Positions 32,932-41,221 of a DNA stretch of 55,328 nt are shown here, piece after piece. The notes beneath the pieces were generated by a model. That model saw only the letters and a program-made list of their open reading frames with translations. It made no database searches and was not told the DNA's origin. Positions within the stretch are counted from its first letter, which is position 1. The number at the start of each line of letters is the position of its first letter. Source of the stretch: a virus (taxonomy: Duplodnaviria > Caudoviricetes); the IMG/VR virus record IMGVR_UViG_3300045303_000219, positions 1 through 55,328 of that record; one strand, 5' to 3'. A program made the translations under genes and the position numbers.

Positions 32932-33182
32932 GCCCCGGGCCTCCTGAAAAGCGAACACGGGCACCGATGCCGCGCCCACGCCTTCATGTAGCACCTGCCG
33001 CGCTTCGCTTCATGCCCGCGCCGTTGATGCCCGCAGCGGCAGAGATCGGTATCGCAAAGCGACGGGTCGGGAAGGAAAAGCGACGACGTAGTAAATGTGG
33101 CGCGGGATGCCGCGGGGCTTTCCCTCCCGCTTGGCAGCAGCCCGCGCCGTGTTTCGCGTGTGGTGTTGATGAGAGAAATCAT
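32928..33182 (-). CDS. Hypothetical Cys-rich protein (84 aa)
   Basis: ATGA overlap at both ends; CRCGH...C...CPC. Confidence 0.45.
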   Translation of the reverse strand: MISLINTTRETRRGLLPSGRESPAASRATFTTSSLFLPDPSLCDTDLCRCGHQRRGHEAKRGRCYMKAWARHRCPCSLFRRPGA

Positions 33183-33652
33183 GCCCGGAGCCTCCTGATG
33201 TAATGTTCAAGCCCGGCAACCGGATCGCGGCCCTTCTGGTAAATCCACCATTGTAGACTGGGTTTTTTGACGCCCCATTTTCGGCATTGCGCCAGCAGCG
33301 GCAAAGTTTCGCCGCGAAACGTAATCATCCGGCATCGCCGGGAGTTATTCGATTGTTCGGCCCGCGTCGCCCATCGCACGTTCCCGGGCACGTAGCCCCG
33401 GTCGTTATTTATGCGGTCAATGGTGTGCAGCGGCGAAGGCCGCTTGCCGATATGTGCGAGGAAAGACGGAAAGTCGTTGACCCACTCCTTCGCCATCGTA
33501 ATACCCCGCCCGCCGTAGTATCTAAAGTCGGGCAGTCGGGTATTAAAGCAGCGACCCTTAATGCGTTTCCAAGTGTGATATTCTGGCGTCGCCCCGCGTC
33601 CGTCGATGAAGTTGTGGTTTCGCCCGGTGCGTTTTGATATTCCTGATGGCAC
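33179..33652 (-). CDS. HNH homing endonuclease
   Basis: YHTWKRIKGRC...YYGGRGI...TIDRINNDRGYVPGNVRWATRAEQSNN. Confidence 0.9.
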   Translation of the reverse strand: MPSGISKRTGRNHNFIDGRGATPEYHTWKRIKGRCFNTRLPDFRYYGGRGITMAKEWVNDFPSFLAHIGKRPSPLHTIDRINNDRGYVPGNVRWATRAEQSNNSRRCRMITFRGETLPLLAQCRKWGVKKPSLQWWIYQKGRDPVAGLEHYIRRLRA

Positions 33653-33654
33653 GG

Positions 33655-34911
33655 TTACGCCTCCTCTAAAGCAACAAAGTTTACGATCGGCTCGCTACCG
33701 ACGGCCTCATTGTGCACCGCCAGCTGGTTGTAATTCATCACCTGAAAGGTCGGCGTCGGCGTATGGACCAAGATGCGCTTCGCACCGGCCTGCAAACACC
33801 GTTTGCGCAGCTCGTCGCAATTCAGGTCCCGGGACACATAGGACCGCTGCCATAAAATCCAGTCCGCCGCCGCGGCCTCGACGTTGCTTTTTATCGTTTC
33901 AAGCAGCACCTCGTTGTCCTTTTCGATCCAGTAATCCATGTTGAGCCGGTAAGTGAAAACGACCGGCGCAAAAACGCTCACGTAATCGGTCACCGGGCGC
34001 CGGGTATCGGCCCGGCACACCGCCAAAACTAGATCCAAAATTGGCTGCGTAGGAATCTGCCCGCCCTTCAGTAGCGGGTAAATCCAGACCTCGCCCGCGA
34101 TTTCCGGCGCCGAATGAATCACGGCCTGCATGATGTCCGGGTGCGCCGTGAGCGTCCAGAACTCGTATGCGTCCCGGGGGCCGCACGTTGAGAAACTTTC
34201 GATCGCCAACCAGACCCGGTAGCGATACTGCTCATCGTTTTCTTTTTCGCTGCCGCCCGCCGTGATGACGGTGTTTTCTACGTTCATCCCGTAGGACTGA
34301 TTCCAGTTGATGATGCTGTTTATTTGCCCCGGGGCAAAGCCGTTCCCGACCTCGCCATCCGAGAGCGCCTGCGCGTTCACTTCTACGGTCAGGTCGCCTG
34401 CCGAAATGATGCCATCCTTGAGCGTTTTGAACACGACCGCGGTCGGCGCTTGGCACATGGTGCCCTTCGGAATTGTCACCGTGAATGCAAGTGGCCCGGC
34501 CAGCGAAAAACGCAGCGTGGTCAGCGCCGCGGATGCCGGAAGGCGCATCGCGCGCGCGCCGTAAAGTGCCGCGAGGTTGTCGAGGTAATCGTCCCGGGCA
34601 TACTTCAGCAGGTTCTGTTTGCCGGTGAAATCGATCAGCGTGCGCTGGTGCGAAAGCCAGTGGCACACGACGAGCAGGTGTAGCCGCACCGGGTCCCCGG
34701 GCGCCAGCGATTTTGCGATGCCGGTGAGGGCCAGAAACGCGGCCTCATAATCGACGATAACCTCGCTCGCGATCACCGTGGGGTCTTTGACCGCGAAGTC
34801 GATGTCGGGCACGTAGGGCAGCCCATAAACGGGCGCACCGGGTAGCGCGGAAACCGGGCTGTCCGGGGACCCGGGCTCGGGCGGTGTGGGCGGCTGAATT
34901 ACAAGGGCCAT
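33655..34911 (-). CDS. Baseplate J/gp47 protein
   Basis: GKQNLLKYARDDYLDNL, IPKGT, GGSEKENDEQYR, STCGPRDAYEF and RRPVTDYV. Confidence 0.92.
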   Translation of the reverse strand: MALVIQPPTPPEPGSPDSPVSALPGAPVYGLPYVPDIDFAVKDPTVIASEVIVDYEAAFLALTGIAKSLAPGDPVRLHLLVVCHWLSHQRTLIDFTGKQNLLKYARDDYLDNLAALYGARAMRLPASAALTTLRFSLAGPLAFTVTIPKGTMCQAPTAVVFKTLKDGIISAGDLTVEVNAQALSDGEVGNGFAPGQINSIINWNQSYGMNVENTVITAGGSEKENDEQYRYRVWLAIESFSTCGPRDAYEFWTLTAHPDIMQAVIHSAPEIAGEVWIYPLLKGGQIPTQPILDLVLAVCRADTRRPVTDYVSVFAPVVFTYRLNMDYWIEKDNEVLLETIKSNVEAAAADWILWQRSYVSRDLNCDELRKRCLQAGAKRILVHTPTPTFQVMNYNQLAVHNEAVGSEPIVNFVALEEA

Positions 34912-34916
34912 ATTTT

Positions 34917-35402
34917 TTAAGCGGGTTGGAGTTTGTAAGTGAAGTTGTTGACGACCGCCGGGATGTCCGGCCACAGCTCGTAAAGGTAAATCCGGCGTTC
35001 ATCGCCGCTGTTGTAGGAGATCGCCGGGTTTGCCTTTTTCGCCAAGCAGTAGGCGGCCTCCCCGGTCTTATCGTCCGGGCCGATCTCGCCGGTCACCGCG
35101 GGAAACGATTTGCCGGTGTTCTTATTCGTGAGGCGCCCGAGGCAGCCCATCACTATGCCGGGCACCTGTGCACGCACCTGCGGCGGGACGACGATGTAGC
35201 GGTCCTTGTCGGCGTTGAGGTATTTGCCGCCTTCGATGCCGCCGGAATAGTAGGCGGTCTGCGACTGGTGATAATCGTCGCCGTGTGCCGGGCCGCAGCC
35301 GTCGTTGCAAATGTCGAGATCGGAAACGAACCAAATGTATGCGCCCCCGTCCTCGTAGTAGATCGTCACCGGCGAGATCGTGAGCAGTTTTTCGGCCTTC
35401 AT
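34917..35402 (-). CDS. GH75 chitosanase-like glycosidase, putative endolysin
   Basis: DLDICNDG...QSQTAY...LNADKDRYIVVP...AVTGEIGPDDKTGEAAYCLA resembles GH75 motifs; next to the lipoprotein and TM genes. Confidence 0.7.
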   Translation of the reverse strand: MKAEKLLTISPVTIYYEDGGAYIWFVSDLDICNDGCGPAHGDDYHQSQTAYYSGGIEGGKYLNADKDRYIVVPPQVRAQVPGIVMGCLGRLTNKNTGKSFPAVTGEIGPDDKTGEAAYCLAKKANPAISYNSGDERRIYLYELWPDIPAVVNNFTYKLQPA

Positions 35403-35404
35403 TT

Positions 35405-35755
35405 TTATTCGTTGGGTTTCGGCTCGGCGGGCCGAACCGGCGCGCGGCTCAGGTCGTTAAAATGCTTAACGACCGTGTGCGGCACTTTGATTTTTCCGTC
35501 GTTCTGGACCTGAATTCGGCTGTCGTCCGGGATCACGTAACCGCCGTGATCGGCCTCCAGCGAATGATATTCGTTCAGCCATTGCGGGGTGACGTAGGCG
35601 GCGCCCTCTGCTGCCGCGCGCCGGTGCGCGGTGTGATGCTTCTTCCCGTGCCGGTGCACCACCACCGGCTTCGGTTTTGCCAGCGGTTCGATCTTGATCG
35701 TGCACGCGGTAAGGCCGAGCACGCATAGCAGGAGAACGATGATTGTGTAGGTCAT
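35405..35755 (-). CDS. Lipoprotein, putative o-spanin-like
   Basis: Hydrophobic signal ending in lipobox LGLTAC. Confidence 0.7.
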   Translation of the reverse strand: MTYTIIVLLLCVLGLTACTIKIEPLAKPKPVVVHRHGKKHHTAHRRAAAEGAAYVTPQWLNEYHSLEADHGGYVIPDDSRIQVQNDGKIKVPHTVVKHFNDLSRAPVRPAEPKPNE

Positions 35756-36117
35756 GGCTTCGCCGGGCGCGGCCTGTCGATCAGGATCGCCCGCTCCAGT
35801 CCTTCGATTTTTAACTTCATCGCTTCGATCGACCGCGAGTCCTTTTCCACTTCCTTCATGCGCTCATCCAAGCGGCCCAGCTCCTTTGCCTGTTCCAGTG
35901 AAAACCGTTCGCCCGCCGCGGTGCCTTTGCTGTCCATGCGTTGAATCTGCGGCGCGACTTCGGCCTTCCAGAGTAGGATTTCCGTCTGCGTGCTGGCGAG
36001 CTTCTGCGACCGCACACCGAACCAGAACGCAGCGGCGATAACGCCACCAATGAATGGTGCGGCGATCTTCCCGACAGCCGCCCAGAGGCCGGTGTGGTTG
36101 CCTTTGTCATCAGCCAC
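35752..36117 (-). CDS. Single-TM coiled-coil protein, putative i-spanin or holin-like
   Basis: TM IAAPFIGGVIAAAFWFGV followed by a coiled coil; coupled to the lipoprotein gene. Confidence 0.65.
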   Translation of the reverse strand: MADDKGNHTGLWAAVGKIAAPFIGGVIAAAFWFGVRSQKLASTQTEILLWKAEVAPQIQRMDSKGTAAGERFSLEQAKELGRLDERMKEVEKDSRSIEAMKLKIEGLERAILIDRPRPAKP

Positions 36118-36143
36118 ATGATCTCCATTTCATTGTCGCTGTT

Positions 36144-37220
36144 TCATGGTAGTTCGGTGATCGTAAACCAGCAGTTTGTTATATTCAGCTGGGCTGCGGC
36201 ATTGCTGCCTTGCCCAACAAGATCGAACCAGTATGCCGTTCCAACGGTTAATCCGGTAACTACGACTGTCGCGGTCATTGGACTGGTTACAGGAACGGCG
36301 GCTTGAGTTGCCGTCTGCATGCTGGCACCGATGGGCGTTCCGGCAGATGCCGCGCCATTGGTTGGTGGCGTCCCTGTCCCATAACGTATCCCGGCAAGAC
36401 TGAAGAAATTTCCGCCCGTCGTCCAGAACGCGCTCGCCGTGATCGTGACTAGCAGCTTGCCGCTGCATGTCGGCGTAATTTGCGCGGTGCTGCCCATGCC
36501 GAGCATCTTTGCCGTAACTCCAACTGTTGGCGTAGGCGCAACCGCAGTCTGCTGGAGACTAGCGAGCGGCTTCCATTCCGTATCGAAGTCGGTCGCGCTT
36601 TTCTTGCGCAGGATCGCGGCCAGCGCACCGCCCACGGGCACGCCTTGTCCGGTTGGTCCTTGTGCGCCCGTTGTGCCCTGTGGTCCTTGAATTCCCTGTG
36701 GCCCCTGAGTTCCTTGCGATCCGGTCGCGCCTGTGTTGCCCTGCGGCCCTTGTGATCCGGTCGGGCCTTTTATGTTCCCGCGGAGCGTCCATGTCGACGT
36801 GGCCGTTTTCTCGTAAACGTCGCCGAGCGAAATGTTCAAATACCAATCGTTGACTGCCCCCAGCCCGGTAGCCGGTGCACCCGCGCCAGAATACCAAGCC
36901 TCAGCTTGTCCGGTCGGCCCCTGCGGCCCCTCAATTCCCTGAATGCCCTGCGAGCCCTGCGTGCCGGTGTCGCCTTTCGGGCCTTTGATACTCGCTACTT
37001 GCGTCCAAATTGAGGCGCTGGTTTTCTCGTAAACGATGCCGCTATTGGTGTCCAAATACCAGTCGCCAACCTGCGTGCCGGGCGCGGTCCCGATCGGCGG
37101 CCCCGCACCGCTCCACCATGCTTCGCCGGGTGTGCCCGGAGGGCCTTGCGCGCCGGTCGCGCCCTGTGCACCGGGTGCACCCTGCGGCCCTTTGATGTTG
37201 CCTTTGGGTTGCCACGCCAT
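36144..37220 (-). CDS. Collagen-like tail fibre/appendage protein
   Basis: Three Gly-X-Y runs separated by W.SG.G.P...GDWYL...G.VYEKT modules; distinct C-terminal domain. Confidence 0.85.
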   Translation of the reverse strand: MAWQPKGNIKGPQGAPGAQGATGAQGPPGTPGEAWWSGAGPPIGTAPGTQVGDWYLDTNSGIVYEKTSASIWTQVASIKGPKGDTGTQGSQGIQGIEGPQGPTGQAEAWYSGAGAPATGLGAVNDWYLNISLGDVYEKTATSTWTLRGNIKGPTGSQGPQGNTGATGSQGTQGPQGIQGPQGTTGAQGPTGQGVPVGGALAAILRKKSATDFDTEWKPLASLQQTAVAPTPTVGVTAKMLGMGSTAQITPTCSGKLLVTITASAFWTTGGNFFSLAGIRYGTGTPPTNGAASAGTPIGASMQTATQAAVPVTSPMTATVVVTGLTVGTAYWFDLVGQGSNAAAQLNITNCWFTITELP

Positions 37221-37224
37221 GTTT

Positions 37225-37584
37225 TTAACCCTCGGGATCGGGATCGCCCATTACCTTGCGCCAGTGAACCTTCTCGCCCCTCGCCGCTTCACGCCCGGTC
37301 GGCGCGTCGGCCTGATAAATGTCGCCGGTCGCACTATTCAGAAACATGTCACCGGGAAGCGAGCCCGGGATCGTGCCCGGCGCATTCGGCTGGACCGTCC
37401 AAGTGCTGCCCCGGGTGCCCTGCGGCCCGGTTGCGCCGGTCGGCCCTGCCGGGCCTTGCGCCCCGGGTGGCCCCTGCGCGCCGTCCGCGCCTGCTGGCCC
37501 TTGCGCCCCGGTTGCGCCTACATTTCCCTGCGGGCCTGCTGGCCCCGCCGGGCCTTTGATGTTGCCTTTAGGTTGCCACGCCAT
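37225..37584 (-). CDS. Short collagen-like protein
   Basis: MAWQPKGNIKGP, a Gly-X-Y run, and GTRGSTW...GDMFLNSATGDIYQ. Confidence 0.85.
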   Translation of the reverse strand: MAWQPKGNIKGPAGPAGPQGNVGATGAQGPAGADGAQGPPGAQGPAGPTGATGPQGTRGSTWTVQPNAPGTIPGSLPGDMFLNSATGDIYQADAPTGREAARGEKVHWRKVMGDPDPEG

Positions 37585-38338
37585 TGAATATCATCCTCCA
37601 TTGTGTGCCGTCGAACTGGAAAATCGCGGCGGTTGTTGTGTTCAGATACATGTCCTGCGCTTGCACGTTTGCCATCGTCCCGATCGGGTCGGCGGCCCCG
37701 GTGAACCAGAGGCTGCCCCGGGTGCCTTTCGATCCGGTTGCCCCGGTAGGCCCCGGCGGTCCTTCCGGCCCCGGCGGCCCCTCGACGTAGATCACATCCC
37801 CGCCCCCGGGTGCGGGCGGCGTGGGCGGCGGTAGCGCCTGCACCACCGGCGGCGTTTTGAAAATGCTGTTCCGATCGTAAGGCGTGTCCGTGCCGAAAAT
37901 GACGTTTCTGATTTTCAGCTGGACGTCGCAGATGAGGTGCCCGGCTACCACGTCGGCATCGAAGAGCACGTTCACGAGTTCGGCGCGCGGTTCCCAATAG
38001 TAAATCGCGTCCAGAATCGCGATCGTAGCCTCCGAGGCATTATCAATTGGGCGGTCTACGATCGAGGCATCGACGCCGAGTAGGCGCTCCAGCGCGGCGC
38101 TGAAAACCGGCGTTGCCAGAATCGTTTTCACGTTTTGAAAAATCTCCTTGTAGGCAATGGCCCCGAAATCGATCGTTTCAAACGAGAGCATGTTCAGCGG
38201 GATGCCGTCGGCGTCGGCAAATTTGATCCGCCAGTTCACGCCGAGATCTCCGACCGTCCCGTGCCCGGGAAAGGCATCCTTGATCATCGGCGGGACCCCG
38301 GTGCCGGTGCCGGGAGGTGTAGTGAGGCTGCCTGCCAT
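37568..38338 (-). CDS. Baseplate wedge W/gp25-like protein with collagen-like extension
   Basis: EIFQNVKTILATP...DRPI...AIYYWEPRA (gp25-like), then GPPGPEGPPGPTG and GTRGSLWFTG. Confidence 0.8.
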   Translation of the reverse strand: MAGSLTTPPGTGTGVPPMIKDAFPGHGTVGDLGVNWRIKFADADGIPLNMLSFETIDFGAIAYKEIFQNVKTILATPVFSAALERLLGVDASIVDRPIDNASEATIAILDAIYYWEPRAELVNVLFDADVVAGHLICDVQLKIRNVIFGTDTPYDRNSIFKTPPVVQALPPPTPPAPGGGDVIYVEGPPGPEGPPGPTGATGSKGTRGSLWFTGAADPIGTMANVQAQDMYLNTTTAAIFQFDGTQWRMIFNGVAT

Positions 38339-38339
38339 T

Positions 38340-38813
38340 TTATAGTCCTCCTGAACCGATAAAACTGCCGAAGCCCGGAATGCCCAGCTGCGAAAGTAGG
38401 CCCTCACTGAACGCGATATATTCTTGGAACGTCGCCTGCAGCTCGACCGCGATTAGTTTGCCCCCGGGCAACCAGTGTTTGTGCGTTTCCTGCAGCTCGG
38501 TGATCACGAAAAGGGAAAGGCCCGGCCCCATAGGTTTGCCGCCGATCACGAGCGGCGCCGCCAGCGCGTTTTCGTGGAACAGATGCCACTCCGCAAGGAT
38601 CGGATTCGGGTCCCCGCACCAGCTCGCGTCGAGGTTCACGTTCATCGTTATTTTAACGAGATCGTTCCCGGCCCACTCCAGCAGCGGTTTGCGCATGTGC
38701 ACCATGTGCGCATTAAAGCGCCCGGTGTAGTGCCGGGTCACCTCCTGAAAGGTGTGGATGCGCCCGCGGGCACGCCCGAAAACCACCGCGCCGTAAATGC
38801 CCTCAACCGCCAT
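38340..38813 (-). CDS. Tail protein (P2 GpU family)
   Basis: H..HMRKPLLEWAG...PLVIGGKPMG...FVITEL...TFQEY. Confidence 0.85.
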   Translation of the reverse strand: MAVEGIYGAVVFGRARGRIHTFQEVTRHYTGRFNAHMVHMRKPLLEWAGNDLVKITMNVNLDASWCGDPNPILAEWHLFHENALAAPLVIGGKPMGPGLSLFVITELQETHKHWLPGGKLIAVELQATFQEYIAFSEGLLSQLGIPGFGSFIGSGGL

Positions 38814-39606
38814 AACGAGCCTCCAATTGCGAGAACCGGATTTCAAGCGCCCGGACCTGCGCTTCCAGCTTCGCTATTCGTTCATCGCGCTGCGTGCCCG
38901 CGGTGTGGTAGCCGATATTGTCGTGGTGCACGCCGTGCGTTTCCATGTTCCCGGTGTGATCGATGGCGCCGGTGATTTTGACCGCGCCTTTCAGCTCGAT
39001 GTTTGTCGCCTCCAGCACGATCTTCTGCTGCTTGATGTTCACCGTGCCGGTCGGGCTTTCGACGTTGATATTCCCGGTCGCCGATTTCACCAGCACGTCG
39101 CCGTCGGCTTCCAGATTCATTTTGGCGCCGTCGGTGGTCTTGAGGTTCACGTCCTTTTTGATCGTGGCATCCCAGCCGCCTTTGAAATCCTGCTTCAGAA
39201 ATACCTCGGCGTCCTCGTTCGCGTCGCGCGTTTCGGTGTGCCCGCCTTCCCATTCGGTGTAATCGAGAAGCGGGTCGGTGACCGGCGGCGGGGATTTGCT
39301 GGTGTAAAAGGAGCCGATCGCCACGTAGTTGCTGGTCCCGTTCGCCAGCTTCACCATGAGCACGTTGTCGTCACACCGGGGCACGGCGAAGCTCTTTTTC
39401 GCCTGCGACGCTATTTGTAGCACCGGGACCGGCTTCGTGATGAGCGGCTGCCCTTCGTGATCGACCCGGTCGGGCATGCTCACCCGCACGTTTGCCCCCT
39501 TTTCGCTGCACTCGATTTTTTGCACCTTGCCGATTACTACGGCCACGCCGAAGCGGTTGTCCCAGCCCTTCGTGTAGTCGGTGTCCGAAAGGATGTTTTT
39601 AGCCAT
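38803..39606 (-). CDS. Baseplate spike protein V
   Basis: OB-fold-like N-terminus (IGKV...VRV...P...VL...G.F), beta-helix repeats, and His cluster HGVHH. Confidence 0.85.
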   Translation of the reverse strand: MAKNILSDTDYTKGWDNRFGVAVVIGKVQKIECSEKGANVRVSMPDRVDHEGQPLITKPVPVLQIASQAKKSFAVPRCDDNVLMVKLANGTSNYVAIGSFYTSKSPPPVTDPLLDYTEWEGGHTETRDANEDAEVFLKQDFKGGWDATIKKDVNLKTTDGAKMNLEADGDVLVKSATGNINVESPTGTVNIKQQKIVLEATNIELKGAVKITGAIDHTGNMETHGVHHDNIGYHTAGTQRDERIAKLEAQVRALEIRFSQLEARYGG

Positions 39607-39725
39607 AGGCCCCCCTGTGCGCCCGGGCGCCCCCGGCGGTATGACCGCCCGGGATCGGGCAAATGAGCCCCGTGGCGGGCAGCGTGGCGCGGCGCCGGGG
39701 CGGTTTATGCGGTGATCGTGCCATG

Positions 39726-40883
39726 TCAGTAGCCGGTGAGGCACTTCCGCACGGTCAGCTCGGTGTTATATTCCGGGCCGACTTCGTGGTGTGCCGATTC
39801 GATGAACCAAGTCCCGTCGTATTGCCCGACCCCTTTCAGGGTGAAAGTTTGCCCGGCGGCAATGAGCGGGTTGCCGAGCGAGAGGGCGATCTTGCCGGTG
39901 AATTTGTGTTTGTTTTTGTCGCGCAGGACGGCCTTCGCTTTCACGCTATCGGAGGCGTTCCACTGCGAGGCGCTGCCCTCGCTCACCGGCACCTCGCGCG
40001 AACCGTTCCCGCCGCCGTTGCCGCCGTTGCCGCCGTCCTCCTGCTCCTCGTCGGTGTCTTCGTTCACGTTGTGATCGACGTCGCTATCGGCGGCATCATC
40101 GTCCTCCTCGGTCGATTCAGCTTCGCCCTCCGAGGTTTCGCCGCTCTCGACCACCGTGTGTTTCACCTTCGCCTTTTTCGCGGTGTCGGCGATCGTCGAG
40201 GTGAAGGTGCCGCCCGCCATGCGGTAAAATGAACCGAAGCCGGTCCCCGGGACGTTGCCGTAGACGATGGCAAATTTGGGCGCCTCCGACTCGAGTTTCT
40301 CCTCGTCGAAAATAACGATCTTGTTGCGGTGCACCTTGATCGCCAGCTTGGCGTTTGCGCAGCGCTTCATGAGGAAGCCCAGCGCGCTTTCATCGTGCTG
40401 CTCGGTGCGCGTGTAGCGCGGGTTATTTTCGGCCTGAAAGTCGACGCTCATTTTGTTCTCCCCGGCGATCTGGTCGGCGATATCTTTCAGGTTCGCATCG
40501 TCCCATCCCCGGCTTTCGTTCGCCGATTTGAGGCGCACATTTGTCGGGATCGAGTTTGCCTTTATGTGCACCTTTTGATCCGGCAATTCGAATTCTACGG
40601 AGTCGATCCAGAAGGTGCCGCAGTCGAGCGAAAGGTCCGACCCGATCGGCGTGAACCAGCGCTCGGTGATAATGCCGACGTCGAGGGTCGCGCCCTTTTG
40701 CGGCGCCCATGTGCTGATAAACTTCATGTCGCGATCCGAAAGCTCGATCGAAAGGTCGTCGGCCTTTTTCCCGTCGCAGTTGTCGGTGTAACTGAGGCTG
40801 ATGAAGTAGGGCGCCAGCTTACTGAAAAAATCCTCGCCGCCCATACTGATCGACGGATGTGCTGCGCGAACTTGGCCGATCAT
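39726..40883 (-). CDS. Late control protein D (baseplate hub)
   Basis: SLSYTDN..G.KADDLSIEL.D, CGTFWID, EQHDESALGFL, GNPLIAAG and G.YDG.W.I. Confidence 0.9.
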   Translation of the reverse strand: MIGQVRAAHPSISMGGEDFFSKLAPYFISLSYTDNCDGKKADDLSIELSDRDMKFISTWAPQKGATLDVGIITERWFTPIGSDLSLDCGTFWIDSVEFELPDQKVHIKANSIPTNVRLKSANESRGWDDANLKDIADQIAGENKMSVDFQAENNPRYTRTEQHDESALGFLMKRCANAKLAIKVHRNKIVIFDEEKLESEAPKFAIVYGNVPGTGFGSFYRMAGGTFTSTIADTAKKAKVKHTVVESGETSEGEAESTEEDDDAADSDVDHNVNEDTDEEQEDGGNGGNGGGNGSREVPVSEGSASQWNASDSVKAKAVLRDKNKHKFTGKIALSLGNPLIAAGQTFTLKGVGQYDGTWFIESAHHEVGPEYNTELTVRKCLTGY

Positions 40884-41221
40884 TTTGCGGGACCCACGGC
40901 GGCGCTTTTCCACGGCACCAGCGGAATTTCGATTTCGATTTCTCGATCGGGCACGATCACCGCGAGGCCCGCCGGAAAATTTGAGACCTCCCGTAGCGGG
41001 TAGTTTGCCTCAAGGAGCCGATACATGAGGCGCTCATTGCCGCGCTTCATGCCGTAGGCCCGCATGGCGATCGTGTCCCACCAGTCGCCCTGCGTAGAAA
41101 TGATCACCCGCGGCGTGGCCGGTTTCCCGAGCGCGATCCAGATCGGGTCGGTGATCGTCACGCCGGGCGGCGCCTCGAATTCCGGCGGCATCGGCGGCTG
41201 AATGTCGAGCGCCTTATCCAT
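40880..41221 (-). CDS. Tail protein X
   Basis: TQGDWWDTIA...YG...LLEANY...FPAGLAVIVP...PW. Confidence 0.85.
   Translation of the reverse strand: MDKALDIQPPMPPEFEAPPGVTITDPIWIALGKPATPRVIISTQGDWWDTIAMRAYGMKRGNERLMYRLLEANYPLREVSNFPAGLAVIVPDREIEIEIPLVPWKSAAVGPAK

Noticed and set aside
30235-37220. Diversity-generating retroelement or invertase-based fibre switching
   Set aside because: No reverse transcriptase, template/variable repeat pair or recombinase was recognised.
39599-39724. 41-aa ORF and small GC hairpins between genes D and V
   Set aside because: Low-complexity translation and short stems expected by chance at this GC content.
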